64,000 nt of DNA. Origin: a virus. This document shows, piece after piece, positions 1 through 9,994 of the stretch (position 1 is the stretch's first letter; each line of letters begins with the position of its first letter). The stretch covers positions 27,888 through 91,887 of the IMG/VR virus record IMGVR_UViG_3300036781_000821, one strand, 5' to 3'. The notes beneath the pieces were generated by a model, which had not been told where the DNA came from, made no database searches, and saw nothing but the letters and a program-made list of their open reading frames with translations. Position numbers and translations under genes: made by a program.

Positions 1-746
1 GTGTAGTTCAACTGCGAATTGTAGAGCTGGTTTGTGGCATTCTGCCCAGCGCTATAGAGTCCTCCCTGCGTTCCGTAGGTGCTTTGACCCGCCGAGATTG
101 CGGCTGTGCCGGCCGCGGGGTTAACTGGCGACGTGGGATTGACCACCTGCCCCTGGAATGGCGTGGGAGCTGTTGTTGCCGGAGTCGTGAGCTGTTGACC
201 ATTCGTAAACGCTTGGGCGTTGCCAAGCCGTTGTTGCTGGAGTGCCAATCCCGCGTTGCCGACCGTCATTCCCTCCTCGATTGCCGGAGCCAGTCCGCTG
301 ACATTGCCGTGGGCGGCGGAAATACCGCGAGCCTGTTGCTCGAGCTGGTTAATTGACGTCGGATCCAACGTCGTACCAAGGTCGAGGTCGCTGTTGATCG
401 TCTGGCCGAGCTTTTGGTGGGCAAGGTAGCCCTCGGGATCGAGCTGCTTGAGCGAGTCGAGTTCGACCTGGTTGTAGTCGCTCCCATACTTCTGTTGAAG
501 CGCGAGATTAGCAGCCGCGTTGCGATCCGCGCTCTCGGCGTTTACCTGATCGGTGTACTTGGTCAGATCCGCCGCGCCCGTTCCCGCGAACGCACCTTGC
601 CCGGTCTCCGCATTAAACGCCGTCTGCTGCACTTGGGGAGCGCTTCCGAGCATTGATTGAATGCCCTGGTTGTAGAGGGAGGCGAAATCCGGTGTCTGCG
701 GGTAGGGAACGGGATTTGAGGGAGGTGTTGGCGCGGAGCTGTTCAT
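1..746 (-). CDS. Putative internal virion/DNA ejection protein (runs off window edge)
   Basis: Not in the ORF track. ATG at 746 directly follows the upstream TAA. Translates MNSSAPTPPSNPVPYPQTPDFASLYNQG..., A/Q/G/N-rich and open to base 1. Position after the tail tube genes is typical of ejection proteins. Confidence 0.65.
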   Translation of the reverse strand, partial: MNSSAPTPPSNPVPYPQTPDFASLYNQGIQSMLGSAPQVQQTAFNAETGQGAFAGTGAADLTKYTDQVNAESADRNAAANLALQQKYGSDYNQVELDSLKQLDPEGYLAHQKLGQTINSDLDLGTTLDPTSINQLEQQARGISAAHGNVSGLAPAIEEGMTVGNAGLALQQQRLGNAQAFTNGQQLTTPATTAPTPFQGQVVNPTSPVNPAAGTAAISAGQSTYGTQGGLYSAGQNATNQLYNSQLNY

Positions 747-1145
747 TTAAACTTTCATGTGGCGGTTCATCAGTCCAATATCCTTGAACACGTACCGTTT
801 CCGGTTTCGTTTCAACCGTTCATAACCAATCACGCTCTGGCGTGGGAAATGCGATCGCATCGACCACCAGAGAGTCTTCAAAGCCTCACCCGTTCGCGCG
901 ACTGCGATGTCAATCCACATCACTTCGCCGGCATCATCGCGCACGTGCCAGTCCAGAGCCTGAGAACCGTGCGAAATCGGCCGCCCGATACCCACAGCGA
1001 GGCATCGGCCCGCGCCGTCGACGCAATAGATGAGGCTCTTTCGGTTCAGGGCGAAGCGAACGAAGCCGAAAAGCCGCTTCCAGCCCCACTCGCGGCATCG
1101 CGCCGAGTAGAGCCACAGGAAACGGGCGAAATCCACGGCGATCAC
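747..1145 (-). CDS. Phage protein, GNAT-fold/T7 gp13-like position
   Basis: 132 aa, coupled to the tail tube B gene; lies between tail tube and ejection genes as in podoviruses. Confidence 0.45.
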   Translation of the reverse strand: MIAVDFARFLWLYSARCREWGWKRLFGFVRFALNRKSLIYCVDGAGRCLAVGIGRPISHGSQALDWHVRDDAGEVMWIDIAVARTGEALKTLWWSMRSHFPRQSVIGYERLKRNRKRYVFKDIGLMNRHMKV

Positions 1146-2725
1146 GGCGTCAGCTCCTTTTCCACGGTGTCGAGATAGCCCGCGAGGTTCATCGAGCGCA
1201 TTCCGCAGTTGCCCTTTGTGTTGTGGATCTTGATAGCCATCTCCCGGAAGGGTCCGAATTGCATGAGATCACCCGCGTAGCGGTCGATACCCACCTTCTT
1301 GAGATCAAAAGGCAGGTCAACGGGCAGATCCACGGTCTCTACCTCGAAATCCTCCTTGACCTCGTTCTCGGTGTCCTCATCCAAAATCGCGCTTGCGGAA
1401 GTGTTTTCACCGCTGTCTTCCAAGTTCTCCAGCTCCAGCTCGCAATAATCGCCAGTCTTCGGGTTTTTGAGTTCCCGGAAATTCATCGAGCGGCTCAGAA
1501 CATCGAAATCGTAATCGGCGCCATCGTCCTGGAAGTCGGCCGCCACAAGGTTTTGCTCGCCCTTGTAATCGTTATTGACCAGCAGCTTTCCGGTATCCAT
1601 ACCGAGAACAAGTTTCAGGTCGCTGTTGAACTCAGTAATTTCCGAGCAACGCGCGCCGATGGACCACGGGCCTTCCCACGCCTTGTTTAGGAAGTTGTAG
1701 ACGAGCGTGTAGTTCGGCACCTGACTCGCATCGATCGGCACGCTCAGGCGATAGGTGTTGTTGCGGAAGACTGCGCTGGAGTTTTGCACGAACGCCCAAT
1801 TGATGCGCTCGATCCAATCTTGGATCTTCTTAGAAATCGGGTCGCTCACGCTGAAGCGGCCGTCGTTCGTCAACGTCGGGGTCAGGAGGCGAACGCCCTC
1901 CTTGTACGAGAGGAATGCAATTACGTCGTTGCACTGAACGGCAGTACGGTGCGCGCAACACCCAATCGAATCGCTGGTCTTGTTGATGGTCCAATCCCCC
2001 GCCGAGGTAGCCGTGGGATCTGCGTTGACCACGTAAATCCTGTTGAGCTTGAACACCGCGAGATTGAACTGAAACCACGGACAGGCGCCAGTAATGGGCT
2101 TTCCATCGCCGCCGACGCGGAAAGAAAATTGATTCTGCCAGTGCCCAGCCGTTGGATCGAGCAAGTCGCAGGCGTGGACCTGGTCCAGGACGGCCGAACT
2201 CGCCACAGGATTGTTGTAGTTGAGGACGAAGACGCGCTCTGTATGCGGAACGATGTATTTGTAGCCTGCTCCGGGGGTGTTTACGCCCGTAATTTGCGTA
2301 AACGCCGCCCCATCCCACGAATACACATTTTGAACGCCATCGACCAACAGCATTAAATCTGCAAGCTGCGCCATATGCACCTGGGCACCAGCGGTGGGAA
2401 CGTACGTTCCTATTGCGCCGGACACGACCACGCCGTCGAAGCTTTTCATCTGCGCATTACAGGCGATCAGAAGCTTCTCGACGGTAGGTGTCTTGAAATG
2501 CTTCATCCCCTGAATCGCTTGGGCAGCCGTCACCGTCGCGAGTAGACTGTGACCAATTCTCTTCTTGCACCGCTCATTGCTGAACAGCCGCCCGTTCAAG
2601 ATCAGTTGCGCTTCATTGGGCGCGAGACTGTTCGGACGGTCGTTGGAATTCATGCCACCTCCGAACGAGATTTGCTCGTCGAAGATCAGCGGATCATCCA
2701 GAAGTTCGTTATTGTGGACGGGCAT
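1142..2725 (-). CDS. Tail tubular protein B / nozzle (P22 gp10- or T7 gp12-like)
   Basis: 527 aa, beta-rich; N-terminal SFGGGMNS...L.PNE and internal IGCCAHRT motifs typical of this class. Confidence 0.75.
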   Translation of the reverse strand: MPVHNNELLDDPLIFDEQISFGGGMNSNDRPNSLAPNEAQLILNGRLFSNERCKKRIGHSLLATVTAAQAIQGMKHFKTPTVEKLLIACNAQMKSFDGVVVSGAIGTYVPTAGAQVHMAQLADLMLLVDGVQNVYSWDGAAFTQITGVNTPGAGYKYIVPHTERVFVLNYNNPVASSAVLDQVHACDLLDPTAGHWQNQFSFRVGGDGKPITGACPWFQFNLAVFKLNRIYVVNADPTATSAGDWTINKTSDSIGCCAHRTAVQCNDVIAFLSYKEGVRLLTPTLTNDGRFSVSDPISKKIQDWIERINWAFVQNSSAVFRNNTYRLSVPIDASQVPNYTLVYNFLNKAWEGPWSIGARCSEITEFNSDLKLVLGMDTGKLLVNNDYKGEQNLVAADFQDDGADYDFDVLSRSMNFRELKNPKTGDYCELELENLEDSGENTSASAILDEDTENEVKEDFEVETVDLPVDLPFDLKKVGIDRYAGDLMQFGPFREMAIKIHNTKGNCGMRSMNLAGYLDTVEKELTP

Positions 2726-5250
2726 TAATTCAGGACTTCAATAGTCAGGTTGGTGCAGGTGATGGTGTTGCTCGCGCTGGCCGTTCCCCATGTCACAAAC
2801 AGCCCAACAGTCTGGCTGTTTGCGGAGTTGAACGTCGCAGCCTGGTCGGGAGCATCCAGCGGATTATTCGTAGTGGCCGCACTGAAATAACTGCATGCGC
2901 CCACGGTCTTGCTCGTTGCGCTGCCGCCCGTCGTCCGCAGGGTCAGATCGAAACTGGCTTCCCAGTCTTTCGTTCCGGTGATCGACACCATCGTCTGGGC
3001 GCTGGTGTCGGCCATGACCGTCGTTCCCAGCTTTAATTGGAAGCGGAGTGTCGGGGTTCCCGTGTTTGCTATGATTCCGCGCGCATGAACTCTGATGGTT
3101 TTCCCGGCAACGAGGAAACTGGCTGGAATTGTCGCTGTACCTATGCCGGTTCCGACCAGTGTCGTTCCAGCACCGGAATTGGCTACCGTCACATCGGCGG
3201 TCTGCGTGAACAGCGTTCTCGTCGTGGAAACTGTTGCTCCCGTTTCACGAAATAGAAGCGTAGTCTGCGTCGAATCATTCCAGAGATCGCCGTTGGTCGT
3301 CGTCGCGGCTTTGCTGGCAAGATTGATCCTGCCGCCCAAGAATACATCCTTGGCAATGCCGAGGCCGCCTGCGAATGTCGCGCAACCGCTACCCGTGCTC
3401 GTCGATTGGGTTGCATCATTGAAGGCCCCGTTGCCTCCGAATACAAAAACACCGTTGATGTTCGCATTTTGACCAGATGCCGGAGAAATCGTTACTGAGC
3501 CCGATGTATTCACCGAGATCGGAGCCACGAAAACAAGAGCGTCAGTCCCGATCGTAATCGGACTCGTCGCGCCGCAGACAAATTCCTGCTTGCCGTTGAC
3601 TGTGCCAGCCAGCGCGTATATCTTCTGCGCGATGATCTTGTCCGATGTGTCGTACTGCGTATGCCGCATCAGGATGAACGGGTGCGAGCCATCGCCAGTT
3701 TGAATCAGCACATAAAGTCCATTCTGGAAGGTGCTGGCCTGCCCTGTGACAAGAATTGCCATACCCTGTGTGGTCGCGGTGCCGTTAACCGTACCAAGTG
3801 CGCCGTTGGAATTGCCCGTCAGGGTTGCTCCAACTCCGCTCGTTCCGTTGGCATAGGTACAGGCGGGTAATGCGCTGAAAGCTAACAAGTCCGCTTTTAG
3901 AGGACCGCGAAGGTAGTTTCCGCCGCCCAGCTTAGCAACCGGGTTTCCGGTGAAGTCCGTCGCATTATTGAATTGGGGAACGCAACCGGAAAACGTCGGC
4001 GCTCCCAATGCCGAGTCGATCATAACGTCGTTAAAAATCAGGTTTGAGGCGTTCGCGATGTTGAAGCTCGTTGGCGTTGTCGTGCCAACCACGTCCCGCT
4101 CGCGCAGCTTGAGGTTCGTAAAGATTATGTTGGTGATGTTGCCGGAGCTAGGAGAAGTAATGTGGACCCCGTGCTTAATTGTTCCTCCAGAGAGATCGGC
4201 ATCGTTAACCTCGAAATCGCAATCGTCCCACTCCATGTTTGAATAGGTGTTGCCTCCCTGACCGTTGAGCGAAACGCCCGCATTGCGCAGGTTTTTTCCA
4301 ACGCAGCCAATGGCCTTGTAGTTTGCAATCGGCCCTTCGTAATAGAACATGGTGCTGACGTTTTCCGCGTAACCGGCAATCTGCGTGACTGGCCCAACAC
4401 CCGTTCCGCCGAAGGCACAGGTTGAAAAGTTTGAGGATGCGCCAAGCTTGTTGTAGACGCTGCAATGACTCCAAATCGCTTGGCAGCTCTTGGAACCGCT
4501 GGTCGTGAACGTCAGAAATGTGCCGCCGTAATTGCCCTGGAACGAGTCTTCAGTTAGATCGGCGCCATAGTTCCCGGAAACGTCATGTTCGCCACCGCCA
4601 TCGGTATAGGTGGCAAAGGTAAAGGTGAAGCCCTCGCTTCCACCGGTGTTGCCGTACATGTTGATCGCCTTCACACCGAGCATGAAGCATTTGTTTCCAT
4701 ACAATTTGATTGCATTGATGCTGTTTGAAGTACTCGCGCTCAGCGCGGTCGCATTACCGTCGAGAGTTGCGCCATAACCGATAACGCCCGCGCCCGCGCC
4801 ATCTGCGTTGTAGACGTTTCCGAACATCGTCGGAGTTGCGTTGGTCAACGAATTGAGCTTGAAATAGCATCCGTTGATCACGACGATGCAGCTTTGCGGA
4901 ATCTGCCAGGTGTTATTCGATGTGCCGTCGCCGTTGCCTTCGATCAGGTATGGATTCGCCGAGGAGTTGGGAATGCAGACGACGACCGTGTTCGCAAAGT
5001 TATGATTGAACCAAACCGAAGACCATTTTGCGGGTGTGGAAACATCGTAGGGGTCCCACTGAGCGCCAGTACCCGCAACGCTATCGGTTCGCATCGCCAA
5101 ATAAACGGCGTTGGCGAGGCCGAGTTGCGCGACGGTGCCCAGGCTTGAGCCGCCACTCGTTCCCCCCATCAACCTGGGCGCGGGATCATACTGACCAAAA
5201 CTGGCGGTCAGCCCCAAGACCGCAACAAGAAGGATTCTTAGCCAGCGCAT
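2725..5250 (-). CDS. Tail fibre/tailspike-like protein with N-terminal signal peptide
   Basis: 841 aa, G/T/S/N-rich. Beta-helix-like N-terminal half, and a phage fibre module (GVGATLT...ILVTGQASTFQNGLYV). Starts MRWLRILLVAVLGLTASFG-Q; ATG lies 2 nt after the upstream stop. Confidence 0.75.
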   Translation of the reverse strand: MRWLRILLVAVLGLTASFGQYDPAPRLMGGTSGGSSLGTVAQLGLANAVYLAMRTDSVAGTGAQWDPYDVSTPAKWSSVWFNHNFANTVVVCIPNSSANPYLIEGNGDGTSNNTWQIPQSCIVVINGCYFKLNSLTNATPTMFGNVYNADGAGAGVIGYGATLDGNATALSASTSNSINAIKLYGNKCFMLGVKAINMYGNTGGSEGFTFTFATYTDGGGEHDVSGNYGADLTEDSFQGNYGGTFLTFTTSGSKSCQAIWSHCSVYNKLGASSNFSTCAFGGTGVGPVTQIAGYAENVSTMFYYEGPIANYKAIGCVGKNLRNAGVSLNGQGGNTYSNMEWDDCDFEVNDADLSGGTIKHGVHITSPSSGNITNIIFTNLKLRERDVVGTTTPTSFNIANASNLIFNDVMIDSALGAPTFSGCVPQFNNATDFTGNPVAKLGGGNYLRGPLKADLLAFSALPACTYANGTSGVGATLTGNSNGALGTVNGTATTQGMAILVTGQASTFQNGLYVLIQTGDGSHPFILMRHTQYDTSDKIIAQKIYALAGTVNGKQEFVCGATSPITIGTDALVFVAPISVNTSGSVTISPASGQNANINGVFVFGGNGAFNDATQSTSTGSGCATFAGGLGIAKDVFLGGRINLASKAATTTNGDLWNDSTQTTLLFRETGATVSTTRTLFTQTADVTVANSGAGTTLVGTGIGTATIPASFLVAGKTIRVHARGIIANTGTPTLRFQLKLGTTVMADTSAQTMVSITGTKDWEASFDLTLRTTGGSATSKTVGACSYFSAATTNNPLDAPDQAATFNSANSQTVGLFVTWGTASASNTITCTNLTIEVLN

Positions 5251-5252
5251 CG

Positions 5253-5651
5253 TTAGAACCCTCCAATTTCGGTGCGGATAACTATCGTCACCTGCGTGTT
5301 GGATTCATCCGCGCGCCTGATCCAAAGCTCGTTGCAGTCTCGCGTCTGAAATCCACGGACGGTAACGGCTGCGTTGGCGGGCAGAACCATTCCGAACGTG
5401 TCGGTGCTGCCTTGGCGCACCTCGATGGGAACGCTTGTGCCAGTCTTGACCGACGTTGGAATGATCACGCGATCACAAATGACATCCGGGAGCTGAACCC
5501 ACGTTGAACCCGAAGCCGAGGTCGTGACCTGAAAATTCTTTCCCTTTTCCGGCTGGTAGGACTTCACTACGGGGTCCGCATAAACCAGACCGCACAACAG
5601 CACCAACGCGAGCCACACGCTCGCCATCTTCGTCATCCACTTCGTTCTCAT
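5253..5651 (-). CDS. Small beta-rich phage protein with signal peptide
   Basis: 132 aa; MRTKWMTKMASVWLALVLLCGLVYA-D. Confidence 0.6.
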   Translation of the reverse strand: MRTKWMTKMASVWLALVLLCGLVYADPVVKSYQPEKGKNFQVTTSASGSTWVQLPDVICDRVIIPTSVKTGTSVPIEVRQGSTDTFGMVLPANAAVTVRGFQTRDCNELWIRRADESNTQVTIVIRTEIGGF

Positions 5652-5671
5652 TTCTCTCTTTCGGTTTGGGG

Positions 5672-6625
5672 TTAAGCTTTCAGGAATTGGTCGTATCCGC
5701 CGTCACAGGCGAAATCCACATCATCGGAGGCAATAAATGGAGCGTCGGGAACGAGCCGCACCTGGTTGGCGCGCTGGTATTCGTGGGCATCCTTCAAAAT
5801 CGCGAGCTGCGTGTTGGCCTCTTCGATTTTGGCTTGGGCCTTGGCGTACTGCCGGCTGCGCTCCAGCATGTCCGCCGTGCCGAAGGCGATGAGCGTGTTT
5901 TCCATGAACGACAACTCGGGAGTGTCGTTATCGTCGATCAATTGCCGCGCGCGGATCTTGTAGAGCACGAGCATGGTTTTGTCGGTCGACGGAATCGGGT
6001 GCAATTGAATCTGCTGGCACTTCACGTCGCGGTGTTCCGCCCACACCGTAATCAGCGTCGTGCCGCTGGTGTTGCCCTTGACGACCAGATCCCCGGTCAT
6101 GTCGTCTTTTCCCATCTGCCAGACATCATCGTAGGTGTTCGTCGACAGGACATCGGCACCGGAGCTGAGCGTCACCGTCTCACGGTAGATCACGCCCTCA
6201 TATTCGCCCTCGACGCGGACTTTCTTGCCGTTATCGGCCGCCTGCACCTGAACAAACTTGAGCTTTTCCCCGGCCGGCTTCACTTCGGTGGCAACCGGCC
6301 GTTCAAGCGAGTAATCCCAGGGCTCACCCGACTGCTCAAAGATGTTGGCGTAGGTCAGGTAGAGATATTCCTTTTGGACGGGTAGGATGAAGCGCGTGTC
6401 GTAGCGAATGGCGAGGACCAGCGCCATTGTCTGGGGAAAGATGATGTACTGGTTCGCGGTCGTAACCGCAACCGACTTCAGCCGCAGCAGCTCGCGCCAA
6501 ATTGTGTAGAGGCAGATCATGTCATGGCGCTGGCGCAGGAATTTCTTGCAAGCGGTTTGGCTCACGGCATCGTTCTTACCCACCTTCGTGCCGATCACGT
6601 CGACCATCTGGGAGAGTGACATCAT
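5672..6625 (-). CDS. Tail tubular protein A / head-tail adaptor
   Basis: 317 aa; IQLHPIP...VLY and helical C-terminus typical of podoviral adaptors; consistent synteny. Confidence 0.7.
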   Translation of the reverse strand: MMSLSQMVDVIGTKVGKNDAVSQTACKKFLRQRHDMICLYTIWRELLRLKSVAVTTANQYIIFPQTMALVLAIRYDTRFILPVQKEYLYLTYANIFEQSGEPWDYSLERPVATEVKPAGEKLKFVQVQAADNGKKVRVEGEYEGVIYRETVTLSSGADVLSTNTYDDVWQMGKDDMTGDLVVKGNTSGTTLITVWAEHRDVKCQQIQLHPIPSTDKTMLVLYKIRARQLIDDNDTPELSFMENTLIAFGTADMLERSRQYAKAQAKIEEANTQLAILKDAHEYQRANQVRLVPDAPFIASDDVDFACDGGYDQFLKA

Positions 6626-6867
6626 CGCAGGCCGTCCAGTTTGACATTGATCTTCGCCACGTCAGAGCAAATCATGTCCAACTTGGTTTCAGAGCGAATT
6701 TGGCTCTCGCGGTGATTGACCATCTTGTCCTCAGCCTCATCCAGCCGCCTATCCAAAGCATCCTGACGTTTTTCAACACGGTCAAGGCGGTAGGGAATAA
6801 CAGCCCAGGCCGCCAACGCCCCCAGGACGGAGAAAATCGCCATTACCGTGTTGATGTCGAATTGCAT
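6622..6867 (-). CDS. Small membrane/coiled-coil phage protein (holin- or XhlA-like)
   Basis: 81 aa; one N-terminal TM segment followed by a coiled coil. Confidence 0.5.
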   Translation of the reverse strand: MQFDINTVMAIFSVLGALAAWAVIPYRLDRVEKRQDALDRRLDEAEDKMVNHRESQIRSETKLDMICSDVAKINVKLDGLR

Positions 6868-6869
6868 TT

Positions 6870-7994
6870 TCAGATTTTGATGATCTTGTTCACGATGGCC
6901 GTGGGTTGGGTGATGTTGTGCGGATTTCCACCGCCCGTGTCGCCTGTCACGGGGGAAGCGCCGCTTGTCGTAACTGCTGTACTCGCTCCAGTCGCGGCGA
7001 AAACCGCCTGTGTGCCCATGCCGTGATGGTGAGCGGGCATTTCGGCGATGGAGAGCGTTTCGCTCTCGGAACCACCCACCGCAGCCAGGTTCGTTGCCGT
7101 GCCGCCAAAATACGTTGCCGTCAGGCGATTGGCGGCCGAGCCGCCCATATTGTCTTTACCAGCGCAGACGCGCCCGCGCAGGTCGGGGACGTTGAACGTG
7201 GTCGTGCCATCGCCCACACCCCACGTGGTGCCAATCTGGGCGAACAGCGCGGCGTAGGTCGTGCGGGAGACGGCGGATCCGTCACAGAGGAGGAAACCGG
7301 TCGGAACCGTGCCCCCGCCGAAGTCCAGCATCACGCCCGTCGGTACATATCCGGTTGCGGCCGGGATCTCCGCGAGGATCTGCACATAGGCCGTGGTCGT
7401 ACTCGTGGCGATGAAGATTTGCTTGTCGAATTGGCCCGCAGTTGTGGGCGCCGTCGTCGTGCTCGCGCCGGCAGTCGCGCCGCTCAGGTAATAGATTGAA
7501 CCCGAGGACAGACTGGTAAGCCCCGTAATCACGCCCTCGTTGATGAATGTGAAATTGTTGGCATCGGCCACTGCGCTGACCACGCCAACCGCGTGGACCG
7601 TGCCCGAGGCATCGGCTTTCGCCTTTGAGTAGGCGGAGCCCGTGTAATAAATGATGTCTCCCACGGCGAACCCGTGCGAGGCCTGGTTGATGCTCTGCTG
7701 GAGCCGCGTCAGGTTCGTGGAGGGAACCGCGTCGCTGTAGAGAACTTTCTTGAGCAATCCGCTCGCGTTCTCGTACACCAGCATCAAATCGCCGGGCTGG
7801 GGACTGCCGGAAATCGCGGTCTTCGTCGTGAGGAAACTCGGCTGGACCACCGCACCGTTGACGATCTGGTTCAGCTCGGTGTTGTTGATGTTCTTCTGGT
7901 CGGGAGCAAACGTGTAGCCCGTCAGGATGTCTCCCCCCAAACAGGAGAGACATCCCAACAGAACCAGCGTCAGTATGTAACGCAGGCGGTCCAT
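6870..7994 (-). CDS. Tail fibre with tail-collar domain and N-terminal signal peptide
   Basis: Clear phage tail collar motif PTGVMLDFGGGTVPTGFLLCDGSAVSRTTYAALFAQIGTTWGVGDGTTTFNVPDLRGR. Starts MDRLRYILTLVLLGCLSCLG. ATG overlaps the upstream stop (TAATG). Confidence 0.85.
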   Translation of the reverse strand: MDRLRYILTLVLLGCLSCLGGDILTGYTFAPDQKNINNTELNQIVNGAVVQPSFLTTKTAISGSPQPGDLMLVYENASGLLKKVLYSDAVPSTNLTRLQQSINQASHGFAVGDIIYYTGSAYSKAKADASGTVHAVGVVSAVADANNFTFINEGVITGLTSLSSGSIYYLSGATAGASTTTAPTTAGQFDKQIFIATSTTTAYVQILAEIPAATGYVPTGVMLDFGGGTVPTGFLLCDGSAVSRTTYAALFAQIGTTWGVGDGTTTFNVPDLRGRVCAGKDNMGGSAANRLTATYFGGTATNLAAVGGSESETLSIAEMPAHHHGMGTQAVFAATGASTAVTTSGASPVTGDTGGGNPHNITQPTAIVNKIIKI

Positions 7995-8683
7995 TACTCG
8001 ATGCAGGCTTCCATATGCATCGGATCAACCGACGCGCCTTTGAAGTCACCGCCCCATGTCCAACCCTCGGCCTTGAACAGGTCGATCAGGATTTGCGGAA
8101 CTCCTTTTTCGGGGTTCCACTTGCTTCCCTGCGGATTGTTATCCGGGTCCCAGTCAATCGCCGCACCATACGCGTGGAGCGAGAGACGGCTGCTATTCCG
8201 TTGTTTACGGAACTCGAAACCGCCGCCAAACAAGTGCAGGTCATCGGCCTCGATCTTCTCCTGGTCGCGGCCGTATTCCTGCCACAGCGCGGCCAGAATG
8301 CGGTCGATGCTCGGCTTTACGCGCTCATGGACGCGGAATCGCCGCAGGAGCTTATTTTCCATCTTCCCGGTGTTGGGATTGATCTCCTGCCAGCTCGTCA
8401 CCATCCGAAACGGAGGCTCGACGAACTTGAGGAAATTGCTTTCCCACCAGGGATCGAGGTTGCCGTCGATGCCAACCGGATTACGGAATACGTTAATCGC
8501 CTCATCGCGTGTAGGCCACGAATTTCGCACGAGGCTATCGCGCAGAGGACGCACAACCACAGGCACAATCGCTTTCGGCGCGTCCGCTTCAGGTGCCGGG
8601 TTCGGAGTGTTCTCCGCAGGTGGAGTTTCCGGCGCGTCCGCTTCCGGTGCGCCCTCATCCTTCTTGGTGTCATTCTTAGCCAT
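7994..8683 (-). CDS. Endolysin, peptidase M15 family
   Basis: R...SLHAYGAAID and DPMHME zinc-peptidase motifs; P/A/E-rich disordered N-terminus. Confidence 0.85.
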   Translation of the reverse strand: MAKNDTKKDEGAPEADAPETPPAENTPNPAPEADAPKAIVPVVVRPLRDSLVRNSWPTRDEAINVFRNPVGIDGNLDPWWESNFLKFVEPPFRMVTSWQEINPNTGKMENKLLRRFRVHERVKPSIDRILAALWQEYGRDQEKIEADDLHLFGGGFEFRKQRNSSRLSLHAYGAAIDWDPDNNPQGSKWNPEKGVPQILIDLFKAEGWTWGGDFKGASVDPMHMEACIE

Positions 8684-8690
8684 CGTTTTC

Positions 8691-8951
8691 CTATCCGTTT
8701 TGCCCTTTGAACTGCGAGATCAACTGCGATCTCATGTCATCGAGGCTGGGTTCACTTTGCTGTTGAGCTTGGTCCACGGGCTGCCCGTTAACGGCGCTCG
8801 GCGTGATCGTCACCATCCCGTTCTGGGATTGCGACACCTTGCCGTCGACCGTCACCGAAACGTCGTCACCGACTTGCGGCTCGCTACCGTCAGCGGAAAC
8901 CGCCGAGGCCGGGAGCACCAACTGCGCCTGCGTTTGCGTTTGCATATTCAT
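8691..8951 (-). CDS. Hypothetical phage protein
   Basis: 86 aa, directly downstream of the major capsid gene. Confidence 0.55.
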   Translation of the reverse strand: MNMQTQTQAQLVLPASAVSADGSEPQVGDDVSVTVDGKVSQSQNGMVTITPSAVNGQPVDQAQQQSEPSLDDMRSQLISQFKGQNG

Positions 8952-9004
8952 TTCAGGGTTCAGCGGGCGACCAGCCCATGCCAGCCGCCGCCGAATCCAT
9001 TTCC

Positions 9005-9976
9005 TTACGCGTTAACGTTGGTTTGAGTGCAGAGGGTCGATACCCAAGTCGCATCGAGCGTCTTGGTCGCGAACCAGAGCATGTGTACCGCGATGATCCA
9101 GGCATTTGCGGGGTCGGACTTGTCCGCTTTATCTAGCACGTTGACCTGCGGTGCTTTCGGAGTGCCCTGACCTTCGAGGTCCGCAACACCGAACGCGCCC
9201 TTGCCGAAGAACAGACCCGTGTGGATCGTGCCGGCATCATCGTAGGTGCCTTCGGCGGCCGACTGCTTGAACGGCTGAGTGGCCTCGACGATATTCACGC
9301 CGAACAACGTTCCGACGTATCCCTTGGTCATCCGCATCGGCTCGCTGTAGGTCACAAGCTGCTTCCAGTCGGGGTCCTTGCGGAAATCCCGGCCTTGGCG
9401 AGGCGAAATGACGCCGACGTAGTTTCCGTCGGAGAATTTCGGCGCTCGGGTGTCCTTCAACTGAGTCGCAATGCGGTCGATGTCCGCTACGATTGCGCGA
9501 CCAGCGCTGTAGGTGGACAACGCGGCAAAGTTCGCGCCGTTTTGGGCGTAGAACTTGTTGTTCGTATCCACGTTGCCGACCAGCTCGTCCCGGACCATCT
9601 TGTCCGCGAAAAGCGTTGCCGCCTCGATCATGCGATCGTTTTCTTTGTCCATCGCACGGAAGATCGAGAGCTGCTTTTGACGGCGGCTCACGCGAGCTGC
9701 GTCGTAGTACTCATCGAGCTTCACGTCCACCGGCGTGAGCGTGGTGTTCGTGTATTCAAGATTGGTCTGACCTTCCGCCAGCTTCTTGAAGCTGCCAGCA
9801 GAGGCGGCAGCCCTCTTGTGGAACCGGATCGTGTCCGTGCCCTCTTCCAAAGGCAGATCGCTTTTATCGCCGTACTTTGGAAGCACGACGTCCTGGATAA
9901 CCGTCTCCAGGAATTTCTTGTTTAGGTAGTACGGCAGGTTCGACGTTGCGTGTGTCGCTACTTTGACATCACCCAT
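9005..9976 (-). CDS. Major capsid protein (HK97 fold, N4-gp56-like)
   Basis: 323 aa; KLAEG, YVGVISP, GYVGTLFGVNIVE, FFGKGAFG and DKSDPAN motifs; follows the scaffold gene. Confidence 0.85.
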   Translation of the reverse strand: MGDVKVATHATSNLPYYLNKKFLETVIQDVVLPKYGDKSDLPLEEGTDTIRFHKRAAASAGSFKKLAEGQTNLEYTNTTLTPVDVKLDEYYDAARVSRRQKQLSIFRAMDKENDRMIEAATLFADKMVRDELVGNVDTNNKFYAQNGANFAALSTYSAGRAIVADIDRIATQLKDTRAPKFSDGNYVGVISPRQGRDFRKDPDWKQLVTYSEPMRMTKGYVGTLFGVNIVEATQPFKQSAAEGTYDDAGTIHTGLFFGKGAFGVADLEGQGTPKAPQVNVLDKADKSDPANAWIIAVHMLWFATKTLDATWVSTLCTQTNVNA

Positions 9977-9994
9977 ATATTTGAATTCCTATAG

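Noticed and set aside
2725-7994. Diversity-generating retroelement acting on the tail fibres
   Set aside because: No reverse transcriptase and no template/variable repeat pair seen in the window.
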